Notes: generated by a model from the letters alone, not told the origin. DNA of 64,000 nt from Nitrosopumilaceae archaeon (GCA_965207375.1 OZ242274.1:64001-128000); one strand, 5' to 3'. Counted from the stretch's first letter, positions 31,106 through 41,502 are shown. Numbers and translations: made by a program.

Positions 31106-31186
31106 ACTTTTTTTCTTTTTTTGTTTTTTCAGAATTTTACTAGTATCAATAGCAAAGGAAATATACAATTATCATGGAAAAAAAAT

Positions 31187-31996
31187 GTGCGACTAGAATT
31201 TTTCTTGATAACAACATTGATTTTATCATTGACGGTTCCGGCATTTGCACAGGATACACCCTCACCACTGCTATCAGTAAAGGTTGCAAAGGACACATAC
31301 AGTGAGGGGGAAACAATAGTAATTTCAGGAAATGTGAGAACGGTAATTGCAGATACCCCAATAATCATACAGATAATTTACAAAGGCAATTTCATAGAGG
31401 TGGCACAAATCGCCCCCGCACAGGACGGAAGCTTTACTAGCACAGTACTTGCACAGGGTCCACTATGGCAAAATGCCGGAGAATACACAATCAAGGCATC
31501 ATACAGCACAGATGCAGCATCTGAGGCAACATTTAACTTTTTGACAGAGCAGGAAAAACCAGAAGTCAAAGATATTTTTGAAGTAGAAGCAGGAGATTCA
31601 GGAACATTTGATGTCGGATATACAATTCAGGGAGGAAAGGTATCTGATATTATAATTGATCCAGAATCACTGTCATTGATTACAACAATTGATTCATCAG
31701 ATCATGGCAGTATAATATTGGAATTGCCCAGAAAATTCATAGATGCCAAGACCAACGGCTGTGAGGGAATTGATGACAACTATATCGTCCAGATAGATGG
31801 AAACCAGGTATCATATCAGCAGAGACAGGCAGACCTAGACCGCATCTTAACAATAGAGTTTCAAGAGGGAGACGGTAAAATTACAGTTATTGGAACCTGC
31901 ATAATTCCTGAATTTGGCAGCATAGCAATGGTAATTTTAGCAATAGCTACGGTGACAGGTATAGTAATGTCAAAAAGGGCCACGAATAGAATTTAA
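31187..31996 (+). CDS. PEFG-CTERM sorting-domain surface protein 4
   Basis: IPEFGSIAMVIL tail, diverged from the other three. Start approximate (GTG). Confidence 0.9.
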   Translation: MRLEFFLITTLILSLTVPAFAQDTPSPLLSVKVAKDTYSEGETIVISGNVRTVIADTPIIIQIIYKGNFIEVAQIAPAQDGSFTSTVLAQGPLWQNAGEYTIKASYSTDAASEATFNFLTEQEKPEVKDIFEVEAGDSGTFDVGYTIQGGKVSDIIIDPESLSLITTIDSSDHGSIILELPRKFIDAKTNGCEGIDDNYIVQIDGNQVSYQQRQADLDRILTIEFQEGDGKITVIGTCIIPEFGSIAMVILAIATVTGIVMSKRATNRI

Positions 31997-33150
31997 AAAT
32001 CATATTTTTCCTTAAAGGCAGAAAATTGCCGCAGTTCATTTACCGCCTTTATGATAACTTGAATTGCATCATCGATTTCTTCTTCGGTGTTGTGTATGCC
32101 CAGTGTTAGTCTCAAAGAACCACTAGTTTGTTCGTGAGAAAAACCCATGGCCTGCAGCACATGAGATGCCTTTTGTGTGTTTACCGAGCAGGCAGAACCG
32201 GTAGATGCTGCAATTCCGTACTCGTCTAATTTTATTATCAAATCCTCCCCATTAATGCCCAAAAAGGTAAGATGAATATTGTTTGGAATTCTTTTGGTCT
32301 GGTGTCCGTTAAATGTTGTATGAGTCAGCTCAGAGGTAACGGCTGCAACCAGCTTTTGTTGCATCTTTTGGTAATGTTGTGTGTTACAGGATAGATTCTC
32401 ATTACATAGAGAGCATGCCTTGCCAAAACCAACAATGCCTGCCACATTTTCAGTACCAGAACGCAGTCCGTTTTCCTGACCGCCCCCCAAGATCATAGAG
32501 TCAACAGATATGCCATTTCTAATAAACATGGCACCTACCCCTTTTGGCCCGTTGATTTTGTGAGAGGAGATGGACAGCAAATCAACATCTAAATCTCTGA
32601 CATCCACAGGTATCTTGCCTACTGCCTGCACTGCATCAGTATGAAAGATTACATTATTTTGGTGACAGATTTGTGCTAATTCTTTGATGGGTTGAACGGT
32701 ACCCACCTCATTGTTTGCAAACATTATACTTGCCAAACACGTATCATCGGTAATTTTAGAACGCAGTTCAGCAGGATCAATTAGACCAAATTCATCGACT
32801 GAAAGATACGTCACCTCTACTCCCTGCTTTTCTAATTTGCGACAAGGTTCCAAGATGGCATCATGCTCTATCTGTGAAGTAATCACGTGTCTGCCATCAA
32901 GGGATTTTACTATGCCGTAAAGCGCAGTATTGTTGGATTCGGTGCCGCCAGAGGTTAGTAAAATTTCAGAGGGTTCTGCATTAATCAAACCTGCTATGTT
33001 TTTTCTTGCCTTGTGTACTGCCTTAGAGGCCAGTCTACCGTATCTGTGAATAGATGAGGGATTGCCGTATTGTTCTGTGAGATATGGCATCATTTCAGAA
33101 ACTATTCGTTTGTCAACTGGAGTAGATGCTGCATTATCTAGATAAATCAA
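31993..33150 (-). CDS. iscS: Cysteine desulfurase (IscS/NifS group I)
   Basis: YLDNAAS, TSGGTES, HTDAVQ, SSHKINGPKG, STGSAC. Confidence 0.95.
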   Translation of the reverse strand: MIYLDNAASTPVDKRIVSEMMPYLTEQYGNPSSIHRYGRLASKAVHKARKNIAGLINAEPSEILLTSGGTESNNTALYGIVKSLDGRHVITSQIEHDAILEPCRKLEKQGVEVTYLSVDEFGLIDPAELRSKITDDTCLASIMFANNEVGTVQPIKELAQICHQNNVIFHTDAVQAVGKIPVDVRDLDVDLLSISSHKINGPKGVGAMFIRNGISVDSMILGGGQENGLRSGTENVAGIVGFGKACSLCNENLSCNTQHYQKMQQKLVAAVTSELTHTTFNGHQTKRIPNNIHLTFLGINGEDLIIKLDEYGIAASTGSACSVNTQKASHVLQAMGFSHEQTSGSLRLTLGIHNTEEEIDDAIQVIIKAVNELRQFSAFKEKYDF

Positions 33151-33941
33151 TCTGCAATCACATTAAGTTTCCCTGGAGAATAGCCGTCAGGATCAATTTC
33201 TAGCGATGAAAATCCAATCAATTTGAATTGGGAAAGAATCTGCTGCTGATATTTTTGAACTAGTGATATATCAGGTACAGGTACCTCAATGCGGGCAGTG
33301 TTGCCAATACTCCTTACACGAATTTGTTCAATATCTAGCATCTGCTTGACAAATTTTTCGGCAAGATCAATTCGAGTTAAATTCTCAGCAGTGATCATCT
33401 GGCCCCATGGAACCCTAGATGCAAGACATGAGTTAGATGGCTTGTCATAAATTGAAATTCCCAAATCTTTTGCAGTGCTGCGGACATCGTGTTTTGTAAA
33501 GGCTGCATCTAGTAGCGGACTCTTTATGCCGCCGTCTTGCAAAGCTGCAATGCCTGGACGGTAATCGCCCAAATCATCTAGATTCGTACCATCTACAATA
33601 GTGTCTATGTTTTGTGAATTTGCAATGGCCAGCAGATGTTGTGATAGCTCAGACCGACAGTGAAAACAGCGGTTTTGATCATTTTTGACAAAATCAGGAT
33701 TATCCAATTCACTGTAAGTGATTATCTGGTGTCGTATTCCAATCTCCCTTGCTACCTGTTTTGCCGAATCTAGCTCATCAGAGGACAGTGTTTTGTAATC
33801 TGCAGTTACTGCAAGTGCTCTATTTCCAAGTGTGACAAAAGCAGCCTTTGCCACAAGTGCACTATCTACGCCCCCCGAAAGCGCAACAATTGCGCCTTTT
33901 TTATCATCAAACCAAGAATATAGTTGTTCTAGTTTTTCCAT
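33147..33941 (-). CDS. larE: Nickel-pincer cofactor sulfur transferase LarE
   Basis: PP-loop SGGVDS, RCFHC, DGTNLDD..DYRPG, CLASR. Confidence 0.93.
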   Translation of the reverse strand: MEKLEQLYSWFDDKKGAIVALSGGVDSALVAKAAFVTLGNRALAVTADYKTLSSDELDSAKQVAREIGIRHQIITYSELDNPDFVKNDQNRCFHCRSELSQHLLAIANSQNIDTIVDGTNLDDLGDYRPGIAALQDGGIKSPLLDAAFTKHDVRSTAKDLGISIYDKPSNSCLASRVPWGQMITAENLTRIDLAEKFVKQMLDIEQIRVRSIGNTARIEVPVPDISLVQKYQQQILSQFKLIGFSSLEIDPDGYSPGKLNVIAD

Positions 33942-33945
33942 GTAC

Positions 33946-35154
33946 TTATCCACAGTTAATCTGTTTTATCATTAAATCTTGTGCATCACGGAAAGATATG
34001 CAAAGTGTGTCAGAGACATTTTTGATGTCATCAAATTCAATTTTGAGAATTTTGTTAGAATCAGGGTTGATTTTGTATCTGACTAGGAACTGTTTTTGAC
34101 CAATTACTATGGTGGCAGTTTTGATGGTTCTAGGCCAAATAAATCGGTCAGAGCGCCTGACCCGTATTCCCAGAGTACCTGTCTCATCAGTCAAAATGTC
34201 AGTCATGGCAGTCAGCGAATCGTCATCACACAAAACGGTGATCAGGTTTGTGGGTCTGTTCTTTTTAGTTATTGCAGGGGAAACGGTAACATCTTTTGCA
34301 CCGTTACGAATAAGTTTGTCAATCAAGTGTCCAAGTATCTCTCCTGAAACATCATCTACGTTGGTTTCTAGGACAAGAATTGAATCCATGTGTGTATTGT
34401 CGTATCCCTTGACAATCTTTAGCACGTTTGCAAAAGGTTCAAAGTCTTTGCTGCCTCCACCGTATCCAACGGATTCAACCTTAAATGACGGATAAAACTG
34501 TCTGCTGTACTTTGCTAGATTCACCAAAAGGCATGCACCTGTAGGAGTGGTCAGCTCCTCAGATATTATGCCTCCGTGAATGATAATGTCAGAATTTTTA
34601 AATATTTCCAGAATGGCAGAGGCAGGATTTGATGTAACACCGTGTGAAAAATCAATTGTGCCGCCGCCAACTGCCACATGGGTGCTAATTATTATGTCAT
34701 CAAAAAATCCCAAATCATCTAATGCAATGGCAGAACCTAGTATATCAATTACAGTATCAATGCTAGAAGATTCATGAAAATGAACAGAGTCTGTTGGGAC
34801 GCCGTGTATTTGAGATTCGGCCAAAATCAGCGTATCGATACAAGAAATTACAAATGCGTTTGCCTTGTCGCAAAGAGACAACTCCGAAATGGATTTTTCC
34901 AAGCATCTTTTGATTTCTGTGCCGTGTCTTTGACTCACATCCTCAGAAACATCCAGATTTAGGCAGGTGGCACTGATGCCGTGCTTTTTTTTCTTGACAA
35001 ATTCAATTGTGTTGATTTGACTATTAGAAAGATGCCGTTTAGCTATGTTGATGCCGTCAAATATTTTAGATTCATCTGCACCCAAATCCACCAGCGAGCA
35101 CAGCAACATATCACCAGAGATCCCAGCTATTTGAGAATCTATTACAACGACCAT
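33946..35154 (-). CDS. larC: Nickel-pincer cofactor nickel insertase LarC
   Basis: GISGDM, VHFHE, ELTTPTGA, LETNVDD, ETGTLGIR. Confidence 0.95.
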   Translation of the reverse strand: MVVVIDSQIAGISGDMLLCSLVDLGADESKIFDGINIAKRHLSNSQINTIEFVKKKKHGISATCLNLDVSEDVSQRHGTEIKRCLEKSISELSLCDKANAFVISCIDTLILAESQIHGVPTDSVHFHESSSIDTVIDILGSAIALDDLGFFDDIIISTHVAVGGGTIDFSHGVTSNPASAILEIFKNSDIIIHGGIISEELTTPTGACLLVNLAKYSRQFYPSFKVESVGYGGGSKDFEPFANVLKIVKGYDNTHMDSILVLETNVDDVSGEILGHLIDKLIRNGAKDVTVSPAITKKNRPTNLITVLCDDDSLTAMTDILTDETGTLGIRVRRSDRFIWPRTIKTATIVIGQKQFLVRYKINPDSNKILKIEFDDIKNVSDTLCISFRDAQDLMIKQINCG

Positions 35155-35402
35155 AAAAACAAAATATTAAAAATGCATATAAATTCTGTCCAAAGGCTGA
35201 AATTCTCCCAGTAATGAAAACTGTAAAGTTCTTGGTCGTAACTTGTCAAAATTTACGCATTTTATACACAGCACAGGTACACTAGAGGTTTTTGCTAGAG
35301 TGCAAAGATTATTTTAGGAAATAAAAACAAAAAAAATATGCTCAAAAAGGAACCGCCAAAAGTGTTAGTTGCATGTGGTCTCCAGTATACAAATTGACAC
35401 GA

Positions 35403-36230
35403 ATGCTAAAAAAGGCACTGCAGGGAATTCTCACAGAACAGGAAAGCAGTGAATTGTTTTCAGCCTTTGATCAGATAGGCCGAATCATAGTTGTTAGAAT
35501 CCCAGATTCGCTATTAGAAAAAAAGAAAGTCATCGGGGAGACTCTTTTAGATCAGGTAAAAACTGCCGAATCAGTTTTTTACCAGTCCTCCAATGTAGAA
35601 GGTGATTTTAGAACACGTAACCTAGAGCTGCTTGCAGGTGTGGACTCTACAGAAACAGAATACAAAGAACACGGATGCAGATTTTTCGTAGATGTCAAAA
35701 AGGCGTTTTTTTCACCAAGACTATCCACCGAACGGCTTCGAATTGCAAATTTGACACTAGACTCAGACGTCATAGTAAACATGTTTGCAGGTGTCGGAAT
35801 GTTTTCAATTGTGGCTGCTAAAAACAAAAAATGCACCGTATACAGCATAGATATCAACTCTGAAGCATCAAGGCTTTGCAAAAAAAACATTTCAATTAAC
35901 AAGCTTGCAGGAAATGTGATTTCAATTAATGGTGAGGCAGCAGAGACAATCAAAGAAAGATTTGAGAATACTGCCACAAGGACACTGATGCTTTTGCCTG
36001 AAAGGTCAGACGAGTTTTTGGATTCTGCAATAAAATGCACAAAAAATAACGGCACCATACACTATTACGCGCACACCCGTTCTGAAAAGAAATTACAGGC
36101 GCCTGCGGCTGCACAAAGACACTTTGCAAAAATTTGTCCCGTAAAACATTTGATTCTGGGTTCAAAAAACGTCAGAGCTGTGGGACCAAGATACTATCAA
36201 ACAGTAGTGGATGCACAAATTTTCAAGTAA
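35403..36230 (+). CDS. trm5: Trm5/TYW2-family SAM-dependent tRNA methyltransferase
   Basis: FFSPRLSTER, NMFAGVG.F, IDIN. Confidence 0.85.
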   Translation: MLKKALQGILTEQESSELFSAFDQIGRIIVVRIPDSLLEKKKVIGETLLDQVKTAESVFYQSSNVEGDFRTRNLELLAGVDSTETEYKEHGCRFFVDVKKAFFSPRLSTERLRIANLTLDSDVIVNMFAGVGMFSIVAAKNKKCTVYSIDINSEASRLCKKNISINKLAGNVISINGEAAETIKERFENTATRTLMLLPERSDEFLDSAIKCTKNNGTIHYYAHTRSEKKLQAPAAAQRHFAKICPVKHLILGSKNVRAVGPRYYQTVVDAQIFK

Positions 36231-36231
36231 G

Positions 36232-36450
36232 CTAATCGTCTGTATCAATGGAAGACGGAACAGGTTTTGTTGTTGCCATGGTGTAGCCTATCCAGGCCAC
36301 TGTTCCTAGGACAGCCCCTACAATCATCAAAACAGACAACTCTAAAACAATTTTTCCCCATTCAGACAGCATTACTAGATATGCATATGTAAAAAAACCG
36401 ACTATACACAGACAAAATATTGTAATTCCCATTGATTTTCGTTTGTCCAT
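36232..36450 (-). CDS. Small two-TM membrane protein
   Basis: 72 aa with two hydrophobic helices and WIGYTMATT. Confidence 0.75.
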   Translation of the reverse strand: MDKRKSMGITIFCLCIVGFFTYAYLVMLSEWGKIVLELSVLMIVGAVLGTVAWIGYTMATTKPVPSSIDTDD

Positions 36451-36463
36451 CTGTGTCAATCTC

Positions 36464-36973
36464 CTATTTGTCAACATACTCAAATTCACGAGACATGAGA
36501 AACGCATCTTCGCCGTCTCGGTAATACATATTGAGCCGCTGTTTAATTACAAATCCTAGTTTTTCATAAAGATTGATTGCCTCGTTGTTGCTACAGCGAA
36601 CCTCTAGATAAAATTCATCGCATCTTCGAATCCGAACACCTGTGATGGATTCTTCGACTATTGCCTTGCCGATTCCCTTACCGCGGTACTCTGGCAGGAC
36701 TGCCACAGATACCATGTGTGCTTTTTTAACAAAGCCTAGTTTTTTAAAATTTGAAAATCCAAACTCGGATTTACACATTATATATCCGACACGCCTTGCT
36801 CCAATTTCAGCAACTAAAAAGGCCTCTGGCATTTCTGCAAGTAAACTTTCATAAAAATAATCAGAATAATGCTCTGGAAGTGTTTTAAGATTAATCTCCA
36901 TTATTGGAATAAGATCGCCTAATTCGGCCCTGCGTATTATACAGTCGTCTAATTGACGTAAGAGTACCTGCAT
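36464..36973 (-). CDS. N-terminal acetyltransferase (Ard1/RimI, GNAT)
   Basis: LPEHY, SVAVLPEYRGKGIG, LEVR.SN..A..LYEKLGF, YYRDGEDA. Confidence 0.92.
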   Translation of the reverse strand: MQVLLRQLDDCIIRRAELGDLIPIMEINLKTLPEHYSDYFYESLLAEMPEAFLVAEIGARRVGYIMCKSEFGFSNFKKLGFVKKAHMVSVAVLPEYRGKGIGKAIVEESITGVRIRRCDEFYLEVRCSNNEAINLYEKLGFVIKQRLNMYYRDGEDAFLMSREFEYVDK

Positions 36974-37104
36974 GAAATTATTACCATATTGCAAATATTT
37001 AATGTTAGGCTAAACCATGAAAGGTACAGATTCTCACATAGACACAATAATACTGGCATTGCGCTGCGAAAACCATTAATGCCCAAAACAAAAACCCCTA
37101 GACA

Positions 37105-38223
37105 TTGAGTCAACCCACAGATGAGTATATTATATCGCTTGTAAAAGCAACATTTGATGTTGCTGAACCTGTGGAGAACTCAGAGGTATTACAGTTTAAA
37201 ATAAAATCAAGTGACTTTAAAGATAGATTTGTAAAACTGGCACAAAGTCTGGAGGTGCAAAATGTTGCATGCAAAATTCAAAACAAAAAAGACGGATTAC
37301 ATCTGATTATAACACATATCGAGTTTAAAAAACGAGGCAGACTTTATTCATCATGGCTGCCAAGAATTTTGTTTGCAGTTGTTATTTTATTTGTCATGGT
37401 AGACGGATACTATAGAACCGCTGGCAGTAATACCATCATCTGGATTGGGGAACCCCTAGAAATGGCAGTCATATACACAGTTGCATTGCTTGGAATATTG
37501 GGAGTTCACGAATTGGGACATTTGATTGCATCAAAGGTTCACAAGATAAACACCACCTGGCCGTATTTCATACCTGGTCTGCCAATAATTGGTATTCCAA
37601 CATTTGGAGCACTAATTATGGCAAAGGGACTTATGATTAACAGGGAAAAAACATTTGATGTGGCCATTGCAGGCCCCATTGCAGGACTTGTAATTGCAAT
37701 GATTGTTTCAGTATATGCTGCATCTGTTGCACCCATGATAGATCCGATTTTACTAGATCAGCTGCATGAGACCGGCCAAGTATCAAACTGGATGTTTGGC
37801 GAGCCGTTACTGATGACTGCAAGTCTAGCACTGTTTGAAAAGACCCAACAACACGGAGACGTACTGATGACGCCACTATTGTTTGCATCATGGATTGGAT
37901 TTTTCCTGACTTTTGCAAATCTTATGCCTGCAGGACAGCTAGATGGGGGACACATGATGAGGACTGTGTTTGGAAAAAAGACACTTCGAATCTTCACATA
38001 TGCAAGTGCGGCAATATTGTTTTTGATGAATTTCTGGTTTGTTGCATTATTTATTTTGTTTATGAGTGGAAAAAACACAGGAATAAACATCATGGATGAC
38101 GTCACACCACTGTCATTTAAAAGAAAAGTCTCCTATGGAGTAATCATGATTTTGGCGGTTTTATGTGCACCAATACCTAGTAATTTTACCGTAATAGAAC
38201 CCTTGCTCCATCTGATACAATAG
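37105..38223 (+). CDS. Site-2 protease (M50) family metalloprotease
   Basis: HELGH, AIAGP, NLMPAGQLDGGH. Confidence 0.93.
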   Translation: MSQPTDEYIISLVKATFDVAEPVENSEVLQFKIKSSDFKDRFVKLAQSLEVQNVACKIQNKKDGLHLIITHIEFKKRGRLYSSWLPRILFAVVILFVMVDGYYRTAGSNTIIWIGEPLEMAVIYTVALLGILGVHELGHLIASKVHKINTTWPYFIPGLPIIGIPTFGALIMAKGLMINREKTFDVAIAGPIAGLVIAMIVSVYAASVAPMIDPILLDQLHETGQVSNWMFGEPLLMTASLALFEKTQQHGDVLMTPLLFASWIGFFLTFANLMPAGQLDGGHMMRTVFGKKTLRIFTYASAAILFLMNFWFVALFILFMSGKNTGINIMDDVTPLSFKRKVSYGVIMILAVLCAPIPSNFTVIEPLLHLIQ

Positions 38224-39268
38224 TTACCTTCTGTCTTGCACCCTGTGTTTTTAAGACATAATCAAGACCGTGCTTTGCACCGTTGAGCGGTATCATGTTT
38301 AGTTTTTTGATGTAAAATTCTGGCAGAACCGAAACAATGCCTATCTGAAAGGTTTTTTGAACCTCTGTCAAATAGAAAAGATTCTCCATACCGTCAACAT
38401 ATTGTGTGGGGTTTGCCAACCTGTCAAGACCCATTCTACCGTCAATAAAATATTGGAACGCATCAGAACCCAATCCGCCTTTAGATTCGCCCAAAAGAAC
38501 TGCTAGACCTGCAGACCGTACCCCACCGTAACAGTTCCAAAGCGACGACAGTGATTTGCTCAAAGTGTCATTGCTTGCATCCTTGCCGGTGCTAATTATC
38601 AGGGCTTTGTGCTGTCCAGTATCCTTGATTGCGACAGATTCAAATGTTTTTGATATTTCCATGGTTTTAGCAGGATGGTCCACTAAAACATCCACGATTC
38701 CCCGAGAATTGGCAAGAATTTCAATTCCAATTATCTCAAAATTATCCACAAATTTTTTGGCCTCTTCGATGCTTTTGGTAGACTGCCCAGGAGATGGAAG
38801 GTTGCCTTTTCTTTTTGCATAGGCTACAAGCATGTTTTCCTGTCCAAACTGTCTGAGCAATCTGGTAGATATGGTTTCAAATCCAAACAGGCCGTCTAGT
38901 TCAATTTCACTCATAAAGACAAGATTGGAATTAGACAGGTTTGCATCGCCGAATTCAGAAATAGTGCTTCCTTCTGGAAGGCCGAATTTTACCTGATTTA
39001 GTATTTTTTTATCGGCAAGTATTTTTGGAAATGGTAGTGATTTTTGTTCACAAATTGTAAATAGTGTGGAAATGACTTTTTGCGTGTTTTGAGAGTTGTG
39101 TAGTATCACTAGTTCCATGGGTTTTAAAAGATCTAATTTAGCTAGTTTTTCGGATAGCTCAGAATCGGTGATATTTGTTCCCTCAGAGTCGATATTTTGT
39201 TCCAAATTCTCGGCTTTAATATCCAAGACCACCTCGGACATACCATAATTTAACCAGATTTCAGGCAC
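38186..39268 (-). CDS. Divergent LarA-like (lactate racemase-domain) protein
   Basis: N-terminal W/LxYG; C-terminal ES..GLGS and V..DG pattern of LarA-like proteins; larC/larE nearby. Confidence 0.55.
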   Translation of the reverse strand: MPEIWLNYGMSEVVLDIKAENLEQNIDSEGTNITDSELSEKLAKLDLLKPMELVILHNSQNTQKVISTLFTICEQKSLPFPKILADKKILNQVKFGLPEGSTISEFGDANLSNSNLVFMSEIELDGLFGFETISTRLLRQFGQENMLVAYAKRKGNLPSPGQSTKSIEEAKKFVDNFEIIGIEILANSRGIVDVLVDHPAKTMEISKTFESVAIKDTGQHKALIISTGKDASNDTLSKSLSSLWNCYGGVRSAGLAVLLGESKGGLGSDAFQYFIDGRMGLDRLANPTQYVDGMENLFYLTEVQKTFQIGIVSVLPEFYIKKLNMIPLNGAKHGLDYVLKTQGARQKVTIVSDGARVLLR

Positions 39269-39319
39269 AACAAGACTAAAACACAAACCAAAATAAATCA
39301 AGTGTGGTGAAAACATGAT

Positions 39320-39928
39320 ATGGAATTTGTAAAGGAATTTGCATTATTTTTACACAAAAACGGCATCATAAAGTTTGGAGATTTTACCCTGGCTAGTGGA
39401 AAAAAGAGTTCCTATTACATAGATGCTAGACTAGTGGCAAGCTATCCAATTGAGTTTAGAAAAATGATAAAGGCTCTGCAAGGCATGATTTCAGATGAAA
39501 TTGGACTAGACAAATTTGATGCTATAGTATCGGTACCTACCGGAGGACTCGTAATTGCATCGGCACTTGCAATGGAGATCGTAAAGCCTGTAATTTATGT
39601 AAGAGACAAACCAAAAGACCACGGTACTGCAAGACGAATTGAAGGCAAGGTCAGTGAAGGAATGCAGGTTTTGATGATTGACGATGTGGTAACTACGGGA
39701 GGCTCGGTAATTCAGGGAATCAAGGCACTCAAAGAATCTGGTGTGGAAATTTCAGATGCATATGTCATAGTAGATAGGTTGCAGGGAGCAGCTGCTGCAT
39801 TGCAGTCAGAAGGGGTAAAAATGCACAGCCTGATGAATGTTTTGCAGATAGCACAGCTTTTACATAAAGAAAAAATGATCTCCACAGAGACATTAGAAGA
39901 GGTAAAAACACAGATCAATACAGATTAA
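39320..39928 (+). CDS. pyrE: Orotate phosphoribosyltransferase
   Basis: FGDFTLASGKKS, KDHG, PRPP motif MIDDVVTTGGS. Confidence 0.96.
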   Translation: MEFVKEFALFLHKNGIIKFGDFTLASGKKSSYYIDARLVASYPIEFRKMIKALQGMISDEIGLDKFDAIVSVPTGGLVIASALAMEIVKPVIYVRDKPKDHGTARRIEGKVSEGMQVLMIDDVVTTGGSVIQGIKALKESGVEISDAYVIVDRLQGAAAALQSEGVKMHSLMNVLQIAQLLHKEKMISTETLEEVKTQINTD

Positions 39929-40063
39929 GGCCAGCTCAGTCAAATGCCTTCACATCATTAATCAGGTATAACTCTGATTCCTCATTGCGGCCGATTCAGT
40001 TTAGGATACAGTTGTTTTAAAACTAACTGAAATGAGGTGTTTTTGATTAACAGATAAAGACGA

Positions 40064-40652
40064 TTTTTATGATGAAAAGCGAAAATATGCAAATATCATG
40101 TGGACTGGTATGAGATGAAAGATCCACGCTTTACAGGCATGAATCTAGTCACATATCTTGATGATGCCTCAAGATGTATAACAGGTGCTGCACTATTTCA
40201 ACATGCAACATCTGAGAATGCCGTACTGGCACTAAGACTTGCAATAAAGCGGTTTGGCGCACCTGCATCCATACTGTCTGATAACGGTGCGTGTCGTATA
40301 GGACAAAACGATAGAAAGAAAAAGAAAACAAGGACTCCCACCCTCTTTGAGGAGGAGCTCCTGCAAGGAGACATCATACGGATAAACTCTAGACCGTATC
40401 ATCCCCAGACCAACGGCAAGCTGGAACGATTCCACCGCAGCATAGATGAGGAGATACGGTACTATGAGAATCTGAGAGTATGTTGATTATTACAATGAGC
40501 GTAGACTGCACTTTTCACTAGACATTGAGCACCGTGAGTTCCATTGCAGGCGTTTAAAAACAAAAAAGTGCCTGATGCGATCAGAAAAAGTGATCCAGAA
40601 TAGATGGTGAGTGATACTGATGATTCAGCGGACCTACTTTTGATATAATACA
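40064..40652 (+). pseudogene. IS481-family transposase remnant
   Basis: Integrase core YLDDASR, ILSDNG, PYHPQTNGKLERFHR; frameshifts at both ends; ends in ...TAATACA (TGT-type terminus). Confidence 0.8.
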
Positions 40653-40692
40653 GTCTTTAAACAATTATAAACAATCTAAAAATTGTTAATAT

Positions 40693-40851
40693 ATGTCAAA
40701 CAATCCTGCTTGTGGTCTTTGGACAAAGAATGAGACAAACTGGTCACAAGATGATACTGATTTTATCCAAGAATCTCTTGGGCAATTAAACAATGAATCT
40801 TCAACCTCATATGAGGAGTTAGAGCAACAAAACGACGCAAAACTAAAGTAA
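40693..40851 (+). CDS. Small acidic ORF (52 aa), possible antitoxin
   Basis: Manual translation MSNNPACGLW...FIQESLGQLNNESSTSYEELEQ...; 16 bp upstream of an 88-aa ORF. Confidence 0.35.
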   Translation: MSNNPACGLWTKNETNWSQDDTDFIQESLGQLNNESSTSYEELEQQNDAKLK

Positions 40852-40867
40852 GGGATTTTGTTTTCTA

Positions 40868-41134
40868 GTGAACATCAAAGGTAAATTACCAATATTTACT
40901 GCAAAGTTCGCTATTGAACCATATGCTCGTGGTGCAATTGTATTACTTTGCATAAATAACATTTGTAATGCATCTAATACTCTGTCAATGAAAAATATAT
41001 CCACATGCGATATGAGAATAGGAGATAACGTGTATTTTACATATACTGCAGTTTGTAAATTATACTTTAAACATCATCCTGCTGATAACAGTGTAACATT
41101 AATGGACTATCAATTCAAAACCCATAATTTTTAG
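40868..41134 (+). CDS. Hypothetical protein, weakly RelE/ParE-like
   Basis: 88 aa; MRIGD followed by beta-strands; pairs with the upstream acidic ORF. Confidence 0.35.
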   Translation: MNIKGKLPIFTAKFAIEPYARGAIVLLCINNICNASNTLSMKNISTCDMRIGDNVYFTYTAVCKLYFKHHPADNSVTLMDYQFKTHNF

Positions 41135-41248
41135 CGGAACTAGCAAGTTATCGGTAGTAATTCTCTGTGGAAAGTGTCGGTAGACCAGGCTAGATGTGAC
41201 TTTGAGACATTCTGAATCAACGTCTTCTACTCGTTATCGCCCTTTATT

Positions 41249-41338
41249 CTAATTCCTGCCTTTTTGATGATCAAAGTGATATACTAAAGTTGCTAAAAAC
41301 TGAATTAATTCAATTGATGAAACTTTAGTTTTTGCCAC
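41249..41338 (-). pseudogene. Truncated HicA-like toxin
   Basis: Manual translation VAKTKVSSIELIQFLATLVYHFDHQKGRN*, matching the HicA N-terminus but stopping at the GSH motif. Confidence 0.55.
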
Positions 41339-41343
41339 AAATA

Positions 41344-41502
41344 TTATTCAGATGTAATCAACATAAACGCTTTCTTAGTACCCATTGATTCCAACATAGA
41401 TTCTATTGCTTCATGAACATTATCTAATGCTTCATCTTCGGTTGCTCCATCGGAGATCACCCCAGATAATTCATCAACTGTAGCTACAAAACGTCCTTCC
41501 TG
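41344..41502 (-). pseudogene. HicB-like antitoxin, 5'-truncated by IS66
   Basis: Manual translation QEGRFVATVDELSGVISDGATEDEALDNVHEAIESMLE...; abuts the IS66 left end. Confidence 0.75.

Noticed and set aside
31993-33150. This cysteine desulfurase as DndA
   Set aside because: It is coupled to larE in the core region; a separate desulfurase directly follows dndE.
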